Assembly: GCA_963727445.1 (NCBI GenBank)
Contig: CAVSGI010000015.1
Span: 32,001-96,000, forward strand
DNA length: 64,000 nucleotides
Direction: 5' to 3'
Origin: an uncultured delta proteobacterium
GTDB lineage: Bacteria > Myxococcota_A > Polyangia > Polyangiales > B10-G4
Shown here: piece after piece, positions 20,954-30,419 of the stretch
Numbering within the stretch: position 1 is the stretch's first letter
Layout of the letters: each line of letters starts with the position of its first letter
Position numbers and translations under genes: made by a program
Notes under the pieces: model-generated
What the model was told of the DNA's origin: nothing
The model's database searches: none
The model's input: only the letters and a program-made list of their open reading frames with translations

Positions 20954-21525
20954 CGACGCTCGCGCACGTGGCTCACGCGCTCGGCCTCTCGAGCGACCTC
21001 GAGGCGATCCAGGAGATCTCCAAAGGCAAGACGACCACGGCTCCCGACCGTCACTCCGGTGAAGGACTCTTCTTCGTCTCCAAGGCCGCCGACATCTTCC
21101 GACTCGAGAGCGGATCGCTCGTGTGGGTCGTCGACAACCTGCGCGGTGACGTCGCGGTTCGAGATCTGGACGCCCGCCGCACCGGAACGCTCGCCGTCGC
21201 CACCATCGACCTCGATCACGTACGCGACCTGAGGTCGATCTTCGCGGAGTACACAGAGAACCACGAGTTCTCGAAGACGAGGATCGTCATCGAGCTCTTC
21301 ACCGTCGGCGTTCGCTTCATCTCTCGCTCCGAAGCCAAGCGCCTGATGCACGGCCTGCAGAAGTTTCGCGAGGTCGTCCTCGACTTCGAGGGCGTCGACG
21401 GTGTGGGCCAGGGGTTCGCCGACGAGGTGTTCCGCGTGTGGGCCGGGGCGCATCCAGAGGTGCGTCTGTTCCCGATCCACATGTCCGAGGCCGTGGCGTT
21501 CATGGTCGAGCGCGCGCGCACCTGA
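20935..21525 (+). pseudogene. N-terminally truncated HATPase + DUF4325 (STAS-like) protein
   Basis: KGKTTTAPDRHSGEGLFF, ISRSEAKRL, VLDFEGVDGVGQGFADEVFRV; the N-terminal part of the ATPase domain is absent. Confidence 0.6.
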
Positions 21526-21606
21526 CCTTCGACTTGCATCCCCGAAAACCGCAGCTAACTTGCCGCCTCCGCCGGAAAAGCGGCATGATCTCAGTTAGTT
21601 AGCACA

Positions 21607-21642
21607 GACATTCGTCAACATTCGCTGACATTCTTTTACATC
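21607..21642 (+). promoter_or_regulatory. Four phased direct repeats (ACAT(T)C, 10-bp period) upstream of the glycosyltransferase
   Basis: ACATTC at 21608, 21618, 21628 and ACATC at 21638. Confidence 0.45.
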
Positions 21643-21722
21643 GGGGTGACAAGTCGTACGTCGCCCTTTGGTTTATTCAGCGAAACGAGAGAGATCCGCT
21701 GGATCTCCAACCGGAAGTCGAC

Positions 21723-23175
21723 ATGGAAGCCACCGTAATCGCTTTGTATCTCGTCGTTCTCGGCATCCTCGGAATCTACGGATTCCATCGGGGGCACCTC
21801 CTGATGCTCTACTGGAAGCATCGGAAGCAGCACCCCAAGCCGAAGGGTCATTTCGAGGACGCGGAGCTGCCCACCGTCACGGTCCAGCTCCCGATGTTCA
21901 ACGAGATGTACGTCGCCAAGCGGCTGATCGAGAGCGTCGCGAAGCTCGACTACCCGAAGGACAAGCTGGAGATCCAGGTCCTCGACGACTCGACGGACGA
22001 GACCCAGCAGATCGCCAAGGCGAAGGTCGACGAGCTGATCGCCGAGGGCTTCGACGCTGTGCTACATCCACCGCGTCGACCGCACCGGTTACAAGGCCGG
22101 CGCGCTCGAAGAGGGCCTGCACGTCGCCAAGGGCGAGCTCCTCATGGTCTTCGACGCGGACTTCGTCCCGACCGTCGAGCATCATCCGCGACCTCATCGA
22201 CCACTTCACCGACGACAAGGTCGGCATGGTCCAGGCGCGCTGGGGCCACCTCAACCGCGAGTACTCCACGCTCACCCGCGTGCAGTCGATGATGCTCGAC
22301 GGCCACTTCGTGATCGAGCACATCGCCCGCAACCGCTCGGGCCGCTTCTTCAACTTCAACGGCACCGCCGGCATGTGGCGCAAGCAGACCATCATCGACG
22401 CCGGCGGCTGGCAGCACGACACCGTCACCGAGGACATGGACCTCAGCTTCCGCGCGCAGCTCGCGGGCTGGAACTTCGTCTACGTCCCCGACGCCCTCGC
22501 GCCGGCCGAGGTGCCCTGCGAGATGAACAGCTTCAAGACCCAGCAGTTCCGCTGGGCCAAGGGCTCCGCGCAGACGGCCAAGAAGCTTCTGCCCATCGTG
22601 CTCCGGGCGAAGATCCCGCTCAAGGTGAAGATCGAGGCGATCTTCCACCTCACCAACAACTTCGCTTACCTATTCCTGGTCATCCTCGCGTGCCTGCAGC
22701 TGCCGAACATGCTGCTCCGCCGCGGCATGGACAACCCGGAGCTGCTCCTCCTCGACGTCCCGCTCTTCGCGGCGACCTGCGGCTCGATCGTCCTCTTCTA
22801 TCTCACCACGCATCACGCGCTCTACAGCGACCTCTGGGAAGCCGTGAAGCGCCTGCCGCTGATGATGGCGCTCGGCATCGGGCTCTCCATCAACAACGCG
22901 CGCGCGGTGGTCGAGGGCGTCTTCGGCAACGACATCGAGTTCATCCGCACCCCGAAGCACGGCGATCACCGCGAACAACCAGGGCTGGAAGAAGAAGAAG
23001 TACAAGGCCGGCAAGACCATCCACTCCCTGGTGGAGGTCGCTCTTCGGTCTCTACTTCGTGGTCACGATCGTCCTCGCGGTGGTGACCGGCTCCTGGGTG
23101 AGCATCCCCTTCCTGGTGCTCTTCATGGTCGGCTTCCTCTACGTCGGGAGCCTCAGCCTCTTCCAGGTCCGCTGA
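21723..23175 (+). CDS. GT2 glycosyltransferase (cellulose-synthase-like); about 4 frameshifts
   Basis: [43 protein letters not shown] spread across three frames. Confidence 0.88.
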
Positions 23176-23176
23176 A

Positions 23177-23298
23177 AGAGGCGTCCAGGCACGCCATCTG
23201 GCGGCTTACCTCCTCGGCACCTCCCTGCGAAATACCTTCGGTATTCCTCAGTCGGCGCCTGCGCGGGCGCTCGCCAGCTGACGCACCTGGACACCTCT
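23177..23298 (-). repeat. 122-bp structured repeat, copy 1 (inverted relative to copies 2 and 3)
   Basis: Reverse complement aligns end to end with 24337-24458; 13-bp terminal inverted repeat. Confidence 0.9.
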
Positions 23299-23305
23299 GT
23301 CCAAG

Positions 23306-24229
23306 TCACCGTCGTCTCGGTGGGTAGGTGATGCCCTTCGTCCGTGTGACGTCGGCGGCGAGGTGGTGGGCGTAGCGCACGCCGGCGATTTGGACGACGA
23401 CGTCGAGGAGATCGCCGGCGGGGATGGCGTAGACGAGGCAGCCCGTGTCGTGGGGGTCGACGCGGGAGGCGACCTCGTCGTCGGCGAGGCAGAGGGCGGT
23501 GTGGGGACAATCCGCGCGCACGGCTTCGGGGACGCGCGCGCGCGCCATGTAGTCGAGGGCGGTCGCGGCGGCGCGGATCGACACGTCGTCGCTCAGCGGA
23601 CACGCGGGTGGAGCGACCGCCTCGTCGAGGTCGATGGTGATGCCGTCGGGGGCCGGCACGGTCACCTCGGTGATCGCGCAGCGCTCGACGCCTTCGGTGC
23701 AGACGGAGAGGACGTAGCGCCCGGCCGTCGCTGGCAGGGTGTCGAAGCAGGTCCCGAGCTCCGGCGTGGTGCGGAAATGTCGGAGCATCCCGTTCCACTC
23801 GTAGGCGAAGGGCTGGTCGGGGCCCACCATCACCCCGTCGTGCACCGGAGGCTCGCACTCGAGGCAGCCGTTCGAATCGCACGGGCAATCGCATCCTCGC
23901 GGCCACCGCGAGGTGTCGGGCTGGTCGAGAGAGAGCGCCGGCAGCGCCTCGCCCACGACGGCCATGCGGAAGGGGGAGGCCGGCCCGAAGGTGAGGTCGA
24001 GCTGCCGCGGCGCCGATTCGCTGACGACGCGAATGACCGTCGGCGTGGGCTCTTCACCGCGAAGCATCAACGCCGGATCGGGGAGGGGCGGCGGGGGCGA
24101 GCTCTCGGTCTGGTCCGTGGACTCGGTCCCGGTGGCTGACGCCGACCCGGTCTCGGTCGAGGACGCCTCCTCGCAATCACACGCACCGAGCACGACGAGC
24201 ACGACGAAGAGCGGAAGCGAACGCGCCAT
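23306..24229 (-). CDS. Cys-containing lipoprotein, unknown function
   Basis: MARSLPLFVVLVVLGAC lipobox; CDCPCDSNGCLEC cluster. Confidence 0.75.
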   Translation of the reverse strand: MARSLPLFVVLVVLGACDCEEASSTETGSASATGTESTDQTESSPPPPLPDPALMLRGEEPTPTVIRVVSESAPRQLDLTFGPASPFRMAVVGEALPALSLDQPDTSRWPRGCDCPCDSNGCLECEPPVHDGVMVGPDQPFAYEWNGMLRHFRTTPELGTCFDTLPATAGRYVLSVCTEGVERCAITEVTVPAPDGITIDLDEAVAPPACPLSDDVSIRAAATALDYMARARVPEAVRADCPHTALCLADDEVASRVDPHDTGCLVYAIPAGDLLDVVVQIAGVRYAHHLAADVTRTKGITYPPRRR

Positions 24230-24336
24230 TGCCGCGCAGAGTACTAGACGAGGTTGGTTGCGGAGCTCCGAAGACGGACGGACAAGTTCGACAAGTTCGG
24301 TCCGTCACCTACTTCGGTCACCGCGGGTCTTGGGGC

Positions 24337-24583
24337 GGCGACGTCCAGGTGCGTCAGCTAGCGAGCGCCCCCGCAGGTGCCGACTGAGGCGTACCAGAGG
24401 TACGCCGCAGGGAGGTGCCGAGGAGGTAAGCCGCTAGATGGCGTGCCTGGGCGTCGCCGGGGGCGTCGTCCAGGTGCGTCAGCTAGCGAGCGCCCCCGCA
24501 GGTGCCGACTGAGGCGTACCAGAGGTACGCCGCAGGGAGGTGCCGAGGAGGTAAGCCGCTAGATGGCGTGCCTGGGCGTCGCC
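24337..24583 (+). repeat. 122-bp structured repeat, tandem copies 2 (24337-24458) and 3 (24462-24583)
   Basis: Near-identical direct repeats with a 125-bp period. Confidence 0.95.
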
Positions 24584-24596
24584 GGGGGCGTCGCCG

Positions 24597-25565
24597 CTAG
24601 CGGCAGATGCCGTCGGAGCACACCTGCCCACTCATACAATCCGCCCCAGTCGCGCAATCGCTCGTCGCCTCGTTGGTGGTCACGCAGAGACCGTCGAGAC
24701 ACACGTTGAACTGGACGTCGAAGCGGAGGCAGGCATCGCTGGTGTCACAGGGGGTGCGACACACACCCTCGCGGCAGACGCGCCCCGACATGCAGTCGCT
24801 GTCGCTCGAGCAGAACGGCGTGGGCCGGGTGTCGAGGCGGCAGACGCCCGCGCTGGTGCAGCGGAAGCCGTCGGCGCAGTCGCTGTCGGCCGTGCACTCG
24901 GGGCGGCACGCTTCGTCGAGGCAGACCTCGCCGCTCGCGCAGTCCGAGTTGGCGGTACAGTTGGAGGTGGGGGTCTCGTCGGAGCAGATCCCATCGACAC
25001 AGCTGAAGCCAGGCGCGCAGGTGCTCTCGCCCGCGCCGCAGGAAACGCCGCAGCGGTTGTTGATGCAGACGAGGCCCATCGCACACTCGAAGTTGAACTG
25101 ACAGGCCTGGTCGTCGGCGAGACACTCACCAGCGACGCAGACCTCACCGGTGGCGCAGTCCGTGTCGGCGCTGCAAGCGCCCGGGTCCGGGGTGCAGAGG
25201 CCGTCCAGGCAGACCAGACCGCTCGCCAGGCAGTCGTCGTTGGTCGTGCAGTCGCCGGGGGTCGGCGTGGGATCGGGGTCGGTGGGCGCGAGACAGGACC
25301 CGTCCCGACACTCGGTGCCGAGGGGGCAGTCGTCGTTCGAGGCACACTCGCCGACACAACCGAGGTCCGTGCACATCGTGCCGTCCGGACACTCGTAGTC
25401 TCCCGCGCAGGGGGACCGATCGGGGGGATCCACCGCGCGGCAGCCGAGGCCGTCGCACGAGTAGCACCCGGTGTCGTCACAGTAGTAGTCCTCGGACGCG
25501 CACCCCGCGCCGAGCGTCAGCGCCGCTGCAAGGACGAAGGTGGTGAAGGCCAAGGCTCGAGTCAT
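24597..25565 (-). CDS. Cys-rich lipoprotein with Dickkopf-like C-x2-(D/N)-x-D-C repeats
   Basis: GGAGG RBS; LGAGC lipobox; repeated CxxDxDCxxGxxCxxGxC units. Confidence 0.85.
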   Translation of the reverse strand: MTRALAFTTFVLAAALTLGAGCASEDYYCDDTGCYSCDGLGCRAVDPPDRSPCAGDYECPDGTMCTDLGCVGECASNDDCPLGTECRDGSCLAPTDPDPTPTPGDCTTNDDCLASGLVCLDGLCTPDPGACSADTDCATGEVCVAGECLADDQACQFNFECAMGLVCINNRCGVSCGAGESTCAPGFSCVDGICSDETPTSNCTANSDCASGEVCLDEACRPECTADSDCADGFRCTSAGVCRLDTRPTPFCSSDSDCMSGRVCREGVCRTPCDTSDACLRFDVQFNVCLDGLCVTTNEATSDCATGADCMSGQVCSDGICR

Positions 25566-25799
25566 CGTCATTCCTCCGCCGAAAGGGATTCTCCCCTGTC
25601 GACGAACGACAGCGTTCCACGATCCATGCCAGTACCAAAATAGGCGGATCACGAAGGATTCACTGCCAAACCGCCAGCATCGTAAACGCTGGTTCACAAC
25701 GCCACCAGTGAACGGAGGCACGCGTCGGTGAGGAAACGGTGGGGTGGCTGGACGTACTCACTGGGTGATCCGACGAGGTCTGGTAGGGTCCGGCGCGCA

Positions 25800-26426
25800 G
25801 TGACGGGGAGAATCCTCTATGTGCTCGCGATGTTGCTGGCGGGCTGCGCAACGACAGGGGCGAGCTCCGAGTCTCCCCCCGCGAGCGCGCTGAACGCGTA
25901 TGTGGCGGCCATCCGCGCCGATGATGCCCAGGCGGCACACGCCCTTCTCAGTGAGACGGTTCGCGCCGAGGTCTCGGTCGAAGAGCTCGCGCGGCTGATG
26001 GAGGACAACCGAGAAGAGCTCCTCGAACAGGCGGAGACCATCGAGACCGAAGCCGCGGGCGTGCGGGCGGTGGCGGTGCAGCCGCTCCACGGCGGCGAGC
26101 AGGTGCAGATGGTGCTGGAAGACGGCAAGTGGGCGATCGACGGAGGCGTGGTCGCCGCGCCGGGCCTGTCGACCCCGATGGCCACCATCCGAGCGTTTCG
26201 CCGCGCGCTGCAGCGGCGAAGCCTGACCGGGGTGCTACGAGTCCTCTCGCGCCAGCCGCGCGCCGAGATCGAAGCCGAGCTCTCCCGGATCCTCGACGAG
26301 ACGGGGGACGACCTCGACCTCGAGGTGGAGGTCCGGGGCAACCGCGCGAAGATCCGCACCACCGGCGGTCGGGAGATCTCGTTGGTGCGAGAGGCCGGCG
26401 AATGGCGCATCGTGTCGATCGAATAG
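25800..26426 (+). CDS. Lipoprotein with two similar NTF2-like halves
   Basis: LLAGC lipobox; halves end LEDGKWAID and REAGEWRIV. Confidence 0.7.
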   Translation: MTGRILYVLAMLLAGCATTGASSESPPASALNAYVAAIRADDAQAAHALLSETVRAEVSVEELARLMEDNREELLEQAETIETEAAGVRAVAVQPLHGGEQVQMVLEDGKWAIDGGVVAAPGLSTPMATIRAFRRALQRRSLTGVLRVLSRQPRAEIEAELSRILDETGDDLDLEVEVRGNRAKIRTTGGREISLVREAGEWRIVSIE

Positions 26427-26433
26427 GAAGAAG

Positions 26434-26748
26434 ATGAACCTCGAACGCAGCTACGAGCTCTCCGATGAAGACGCGCTTCGTCGCATGAAGGCGCTCGCCG
26501 ATTACTGGTCGAAGAAGCACGGCATCGACGCGCGCTGGAACGGCGACGAGGTCGCGCTCTCGGGCAAGGTCAAGGGCGTGAAGTTCGACGGCAAGGTCCG
26601 AATCGGAGGCGGGCGCCTCGTCGCCGATGTGAAGGCGGGGTTCCTCGCCGAGAAGCTGGGCGGCCGGAAGTACGTCGAGGGCAAGCTCGACGACTACCTC
26701 GACCCGAACAAGACCCTCGAGGAGCTGCGTGCGCGGATTCCCGCCTGA
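26434..26748 (+). CDS. Polyhydroxyalkanoic acid system (PHA_gran_rgn)-like small protein
   Basis: Size and the pattern YW..KHGI.ARW.GD...SG.GV.FDG. Confidence 0.6.
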   Translation: MNLERSYELSDEDALRRMKALADYWSKKHGIDARWNGDEVALSGKVKGVKFDGKVRIGGGRLVADVKAGFLAEKLGGRKYVEGKLDDYLDPNKTLEELRARIPA

Positions 26749-26787
26749 TCCGTAGCGAAATGGCTCGGATTTTCGGCACGTAGTAGG

Positions 26788-27882
26788 GTGTTGGGAGTTC
26801 GAGCGATGGGCGATCGAGACGGCGAGGACCCCCAGCTGACCGACTTCGAGCCGCTCTCCGACGAAGAGGAGGAAGCGGCCACCGCCATCAATCTATCCGT
26901 CGAGGGCGCGCTCGCCGCCGATGAGCTCGCGCAGCTGGGGCTCGCCGAGACCATCGAGGTCGGGCCCAACGACCAGACGGTGGCCGAGGCGGTCGATTTC
27001 GCGGCGATCGCCGAGCCACCCAAGAGCACCGCGGGTCTCGCCCTTCCACCCGAGCCGACGGGGCGCCGGCGACAGCGGACGCCTCCCACGGGAGCGGCGC
27101 GCCCACCCCGCCGACGGAGCGCAGCGCCCGCGAGTGAGCCCGCGCCGACGCCCACCGCTCCGCCCGCGGGCAGCGCACCCGCCGCCGCGCGCTCCCCGAG
27201 CGGCTTCGACGGGCCGCGTTCGCCCGATCCGGACGCGACCTATCGCGTGCCCCCCGCGACTGGAGACGAGCTGGTGATCCCCGGCCGGCGACCGATGACC
27301 AGCGTGCTGCTGATCTTCGGCGCCATCGCCGCCCTGGCCGCGTTGGTCACCTTCGCCATCCTCTTCTGGCGCGGCGCGCCCGAGACCACCGTCGCCGGCG
27401 CCGGTCCCCAGGCGATGAGCCCCGACGGCTCCACTGCCGATGCCGCGACCCTCGCCAACACCGCGCCACCGGACGAGTCGAGCCAGAGCACCGATGCGGG
27501 CGCCGCCGACGCCGCGGCGCCGGCGACTCCCGACGCTTCGGCTACCTCGAACGACGCCGGGGCCTTCGTGATCGAAGACCCCGAGATCCCGCGCGCGGTC
27601 CGCCGCATGCGTCCGCGCGTCCGCGCGCGTCGCGCCCGCGCCCAGCGGCGCATCGCCCTCAGGCTGTATGGGCGGATGCGCTACGAGCGCGCGGAGGAGG
27701 CGTGGCGTCGGGCGTTGGTGCTCGCGCCCGACAATCGCTTCACCCACGCAGGCCTCGCCCGCACCCTTCGGGCCCTGGGTCGGACCGCGGAAGCCGACGC
27801 CTGGCAGGCCAAGGCCGATGAAGGCGCGCCGATGCGCCGGCGCCGACATCGACGCCGCCGCCGTCGACGGCGGCGGCGCTGA
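26788..27882 (+). CDS. Single-pass membrane protein with TPR-like helices and poly-Arg tail
   Basis: Acidic and Pro-rich N-terminus, one TM helix, YERAEEAWRRALVLAPDN, C-terminal RRRRHRRRRRRRRR. Confidence 0.65.
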   Translation: MLGVRAMGDRDGEDPQLTDFEPLSDEEEEAATAINLSVEGALAADELAQLGLAETIEVGPNDQTVAEAVDFAAIAEPPKSTAGLALPPEPTGRRRQRTPPTGAARPPRRRSAAPASEPAPTPTAPPAGSAPAAARSPSGFDGPRSPDPDATYRVPPATGDELVIPGRRPMTSVLLIFGAIAALAALVTFAILFWRGAPETTVAGAGPQAMSPDGSTADAATLANTAPPDESSQSTDAGAADAAAPATPDASATSNDAGAFVIEDPEIPRAVRRMRPRVRARRARAQRRIALRLYGRMRYERAEEAWRRALVLAPDNRFTHAGLARTLRALGRTAEADAWQAKADEGAPMRRRRHRRRRRRRRRR

Positions 27883-27910
27883 ATGGAGACCACGATTTCG
27901 GAGCGTCCTC

Positions 27911-28642
27911 TCAGAACAAGCTCGGCAGCATCGTGGTCTTGGTCGCGAAGAGCTCGTTCCAGAGCGGGATCACCACCACGATCGCCCAGGTCGCGACCAA
28001 CCCGGCGATGGCGGTGATGCGCAACGCGGCCTTCATCCAGAAGCCGCTGGTCTGCCACTCGGGCCGAGGGAGCTGGAGCGCCTTGTTCGCGTGCAGGTAC
28101 TGCACCGTCGGCGCCGCCTCGCGATAGCCGACGTCGTCGTCGCGATCGAGGCGCTCCTTCTGCTCGAGACGGACCAGCGCGTGCGGATAGCCGCTGTGGT
28201 GGACGCCGCGCAGGAACGTGGCCGTCGATCGGTCGATCTCCGCCGCGACCGGATCGCCGTCACAGAGGAGCCGCACCTCCCCATCGTCGTCCAGCTGGAG
28301 CGAGACCTCGACGAAACCCGGTTGCCCCTGCTTCACTTGCGTGAGGGAGATCGTTTTCGGCAACTTCAGGTCGTCTTCCTTCTTCGGCCAGATGGCGAAC
28401 CCGAGCCCTTTGATCCACCGCCCGGCGATCGCCATCATGCCGACGCCGCCGTAGACACCGATCGCCAGCTGCCCCACGACGACCACTCCGACCGCGAGCT
28501 GGCCGACGACGAAGACGCCGCGGGCGAGCTGTCCCACGGCGACCACACCCATGGCCAGCTGGCCGATCGCGATGACGCCGACGGCTTCCTGACCGATGGC
28601 GATGAAGCCTTCGGCGCGCTGGCCGATGTCGAAGAAACGCAC
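27911..28642 (-). CDS. Hypothetical membrane protein with N-terminal GQLAxGV repeats
   Basis: Tandem 10-aa (A/V)(I/V)GQxAxGV units; C-terminal TM helix. Confidence 0.7.
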   Translation of the reverse strand: MRFFDIGQRAEGFIAIGQEAVGVIAIGQLAMGVVAVGQLARGVFVVGQLAVGVVVVGQLAIGVYGGVGMMAIAGRWIKGLGFAIWPKKEDDLKLPKTISLTQVKQGQPGFVEVSLQLDDDGEVRLLCDGDPVAAEIDRSTATFLRGVHHSGYPHALVRLEQKERLDRDDDVGYREAAPTVQYLHANKALQLPRPEWQTSGFWMKAALRITAIAGLVATWAIVVVIPLWNELFATKTTMLPSLF

Positions 28643-28667
28643 CGACGATGCATATCACAGGCGGTGC

Positions 28668-29093
28668 TCAGCCGAGCTGAAGAGCGTGCTTGGCGGCGTG
28701 AAAGAGGAGCTTGCCGCGGAGATCCTCGACGCTGCCCCGGCAGCGGCCGATGGCCGACCCGTCGAGGAGGAGCGTGAGCTGGCCGCCGTGGTCGGCGATG
28801 ATGGCGGGCAGCCGACCCTCGACCAGCGCCGCGAGCTCGCCCTGAAGCTCGTCCCGGTGGACGTACTCCACCGGAACGCCCAGGGCCTTTCGGCACTCTC
28901 GCCACTCGGGCTTCTCGGCGACGAGGCCATGGGTGATCTGACAGAGGTTGCACCCATCGATGCGCAGGACCTTCTTGGCGCTGTCCACGAGGGCGTCCCA
29001 GGCGCCGGAATCGGCGTCGAAAACGAAGATCAGCCGGTCGACCTCTTCCTTGTCCACGGGTTCGCTCGGGATATGTAGGCGCCCGCGCCCCAA
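28668..29093 (-). CDS. Hypothetical CxxC protein, possibly thioredoxin-like (start may be near 29057)
   Basis: LIFVFDADSG...CNLCQITHG...EW...HRDE. Confidence 0.6.
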   Translation of the reverse strand: MGRGRLHIPSEPVDKEEVDRLIFVFDADSGAWDALVDSAKKVLRIDGCNLCQITHGLVAEKPEWRECRKALGVPVEYVHRDELQGELAALVEGRLPAIIADHGGQLTLLLDGSAIGRCRGSVEDLRGKLLFHAAKHALQLG

Positions 29094-29143
29094 GCACTAG
29101 CTCCAGTTGACTCTAGCCCTCCTGATTCATAGGGTTTTCGCCC

Positions 29144-29896
29144 ATGAGCGGCCACAACAAATGGTCCACGATCAAGCATCGCAAGGGCGCCCAGGACGCC
29201 AAGCGCGGCAAGATCTTCACCAAGATCATCAAGGAGATCACCATCGCAGCGCGGAGCGGCGGCGGTGATCCCAACGGCAACCCGCGACTGAGGCGCGCCC
29301 TCGACGCCGCCAAGGCCGCCAACATGCCGAACGACAACGTCGAGCGCGCGATCAAGAAGGGGACGGGCGAGCTCGAGGGCGTCAACTACGAGGAGCTGGT
29401 CTACGAGGGCGTCGGTCCCTCGGGTGCGCTGTTGGTGATGAACGTCGTCACCGACAACCGGAACCGAACCGCCGCCGAGATCCGCAAGATCTTCGACAAG
29501 CACAACGGTCAGCTCGGCCAGAGCGGCTCGGCCGCGTGGGCTTTCGACGAGAAGGGCGTGCTCAAGCTGCCGGTGGACGGGGCGACGGAGGAGCAGCTCT
29601 TCGAGGTGGCGGTGAGCGCGGGCGCCGAGGACGTGGAGAAGATCTCCGACATCTGGGTGGTGACCACGCCTCGGGAGGAGCTCGACGCGGTGAAGACCGC
29701 GGTCGAGGGCGCGGGCATCGCCGTGGAGAGCGCCAACCTCGAGATGATCCCGAAGACACCGAAGGTGGTCGACGGGCGCGACGCCGAGGTGCTCGTGGAT
29801 CTGGTCGGGGTCCTCGAAGACCACGACGACGTGCAGCAGGTGTTCACCGACTTCGAGCTGTCGGACGAAGCGCTGGCGGCCCTCGAGGCGAGCTGA
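29144..29896 (+). CDS. yebC: YebC/PmpR family protein
   Basis: MSGHNKWSTIKHRKG, NPRLR, TDNRNRT, EDHDDVQQV. Confidence 0.96.
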   Translation: MSGHNKWSTIKHRKGAQDAKRGKIFTKIIKEITIAARSGGGDPNGNPRLRRALDAAKAANMPNDNVERAIKKGTGELEGVNYEELVYEGVGPSGALLVMNVVTDNRNRTAAEIRKIFDKHNGQLGQSGSAAWAFDEKGVLKLPVDGATEEQLFEVAVSAGAEDVEKISDIWVVTTPREELDAVKTAVEGAGIAVESANLEMIPKTPKVVDGRDAEVLVDLVGVLEDHDDVQQVFTDFELSDEALAALEAS

Positions 29897-29900
29897 GCGC

Positions 29901-30407
29901 GTGAAGATCCTCGGCATCGACCCCGGCAGTCAGAAGACCGGCTGGGGCGTGGTCGAGGCGCGGGGCGGTAGGGTGAAAGGCATCGACGCGGGCGTCTTGA
30001 AGCTCGGCCGCGGGAGCCTCGAGTCGCGGCTCCTCGCGCTCTTCGATGGCCTCGAGGCCGTCGTCGCGGAGCACGCGCCGGACCAGGCGGCCGTGGAGGA
30101 CATCTTCTACGCCAAGCACGCGAACGCCGCGCTCAAGCTCGGCCACGCGCGCGGGGTGGCGCTGTTGGTGCTCGCCCGGGCCGAGGTGCCGACCACCGCC
30201 TACCCACCGGCCGTGGTGAAGCGGTCGGTGGCTGGCCGCGGCGCCGCCGACAAGAATCAGCTCGCGCGACTGGTGGGCGCCGTCCTGGGCTGGAAGACGC
30301 TGCCGGCGGTCGACGCGACCGACGCGCTCGCCGTGGCGATCACCCACGCCCGCGCAGCGAGCTTCGAAGATGCGAAGCAGCGCGCGCGGGCGCGGACGAG
30401 AAAATGA
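29901..30407 (+). CDS. ruvC: Holliday junction resolvase RuvC
   Basis: ILGIDPG, AVEDIF, LGHARG, DATDALAVAITH. Confidence 0.96.
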   Translation: MKILGIDPGSQKTGWGVVEARGGRVKGIDAGVLKLGRGSLESRLLALFDGLEAVVAEHAPDQAAVEDIFYAKHANAALKLGHARGVALLVLARAEVPTTAYPPAVVKRSVAGRGAADKNQLARLVGAVLGWKTLPAVDATDALAVAITHARAASFEDAKQRARARTRK

Positions 30408-30419
30408 GCCCGGCGGCGT

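Noticed and set aside
24273..24306. GACAAGTTCG direct repeat inside a GACGGAC/GTCCGTC inverted repeat
   Set aside because: Short and single; may be regulatory but cannot be supported
24337..24583. CRISPR array or tRNA pair
   Set aside because: 122-bp units with 3-bp gaps and no spacers; no cloverleaf or T-loop motif
25617..25632. sigma54 promoter TGGCATGGATCGTGGA (minus strand)
   Set aside because: The -12 element lacks the conserved GC
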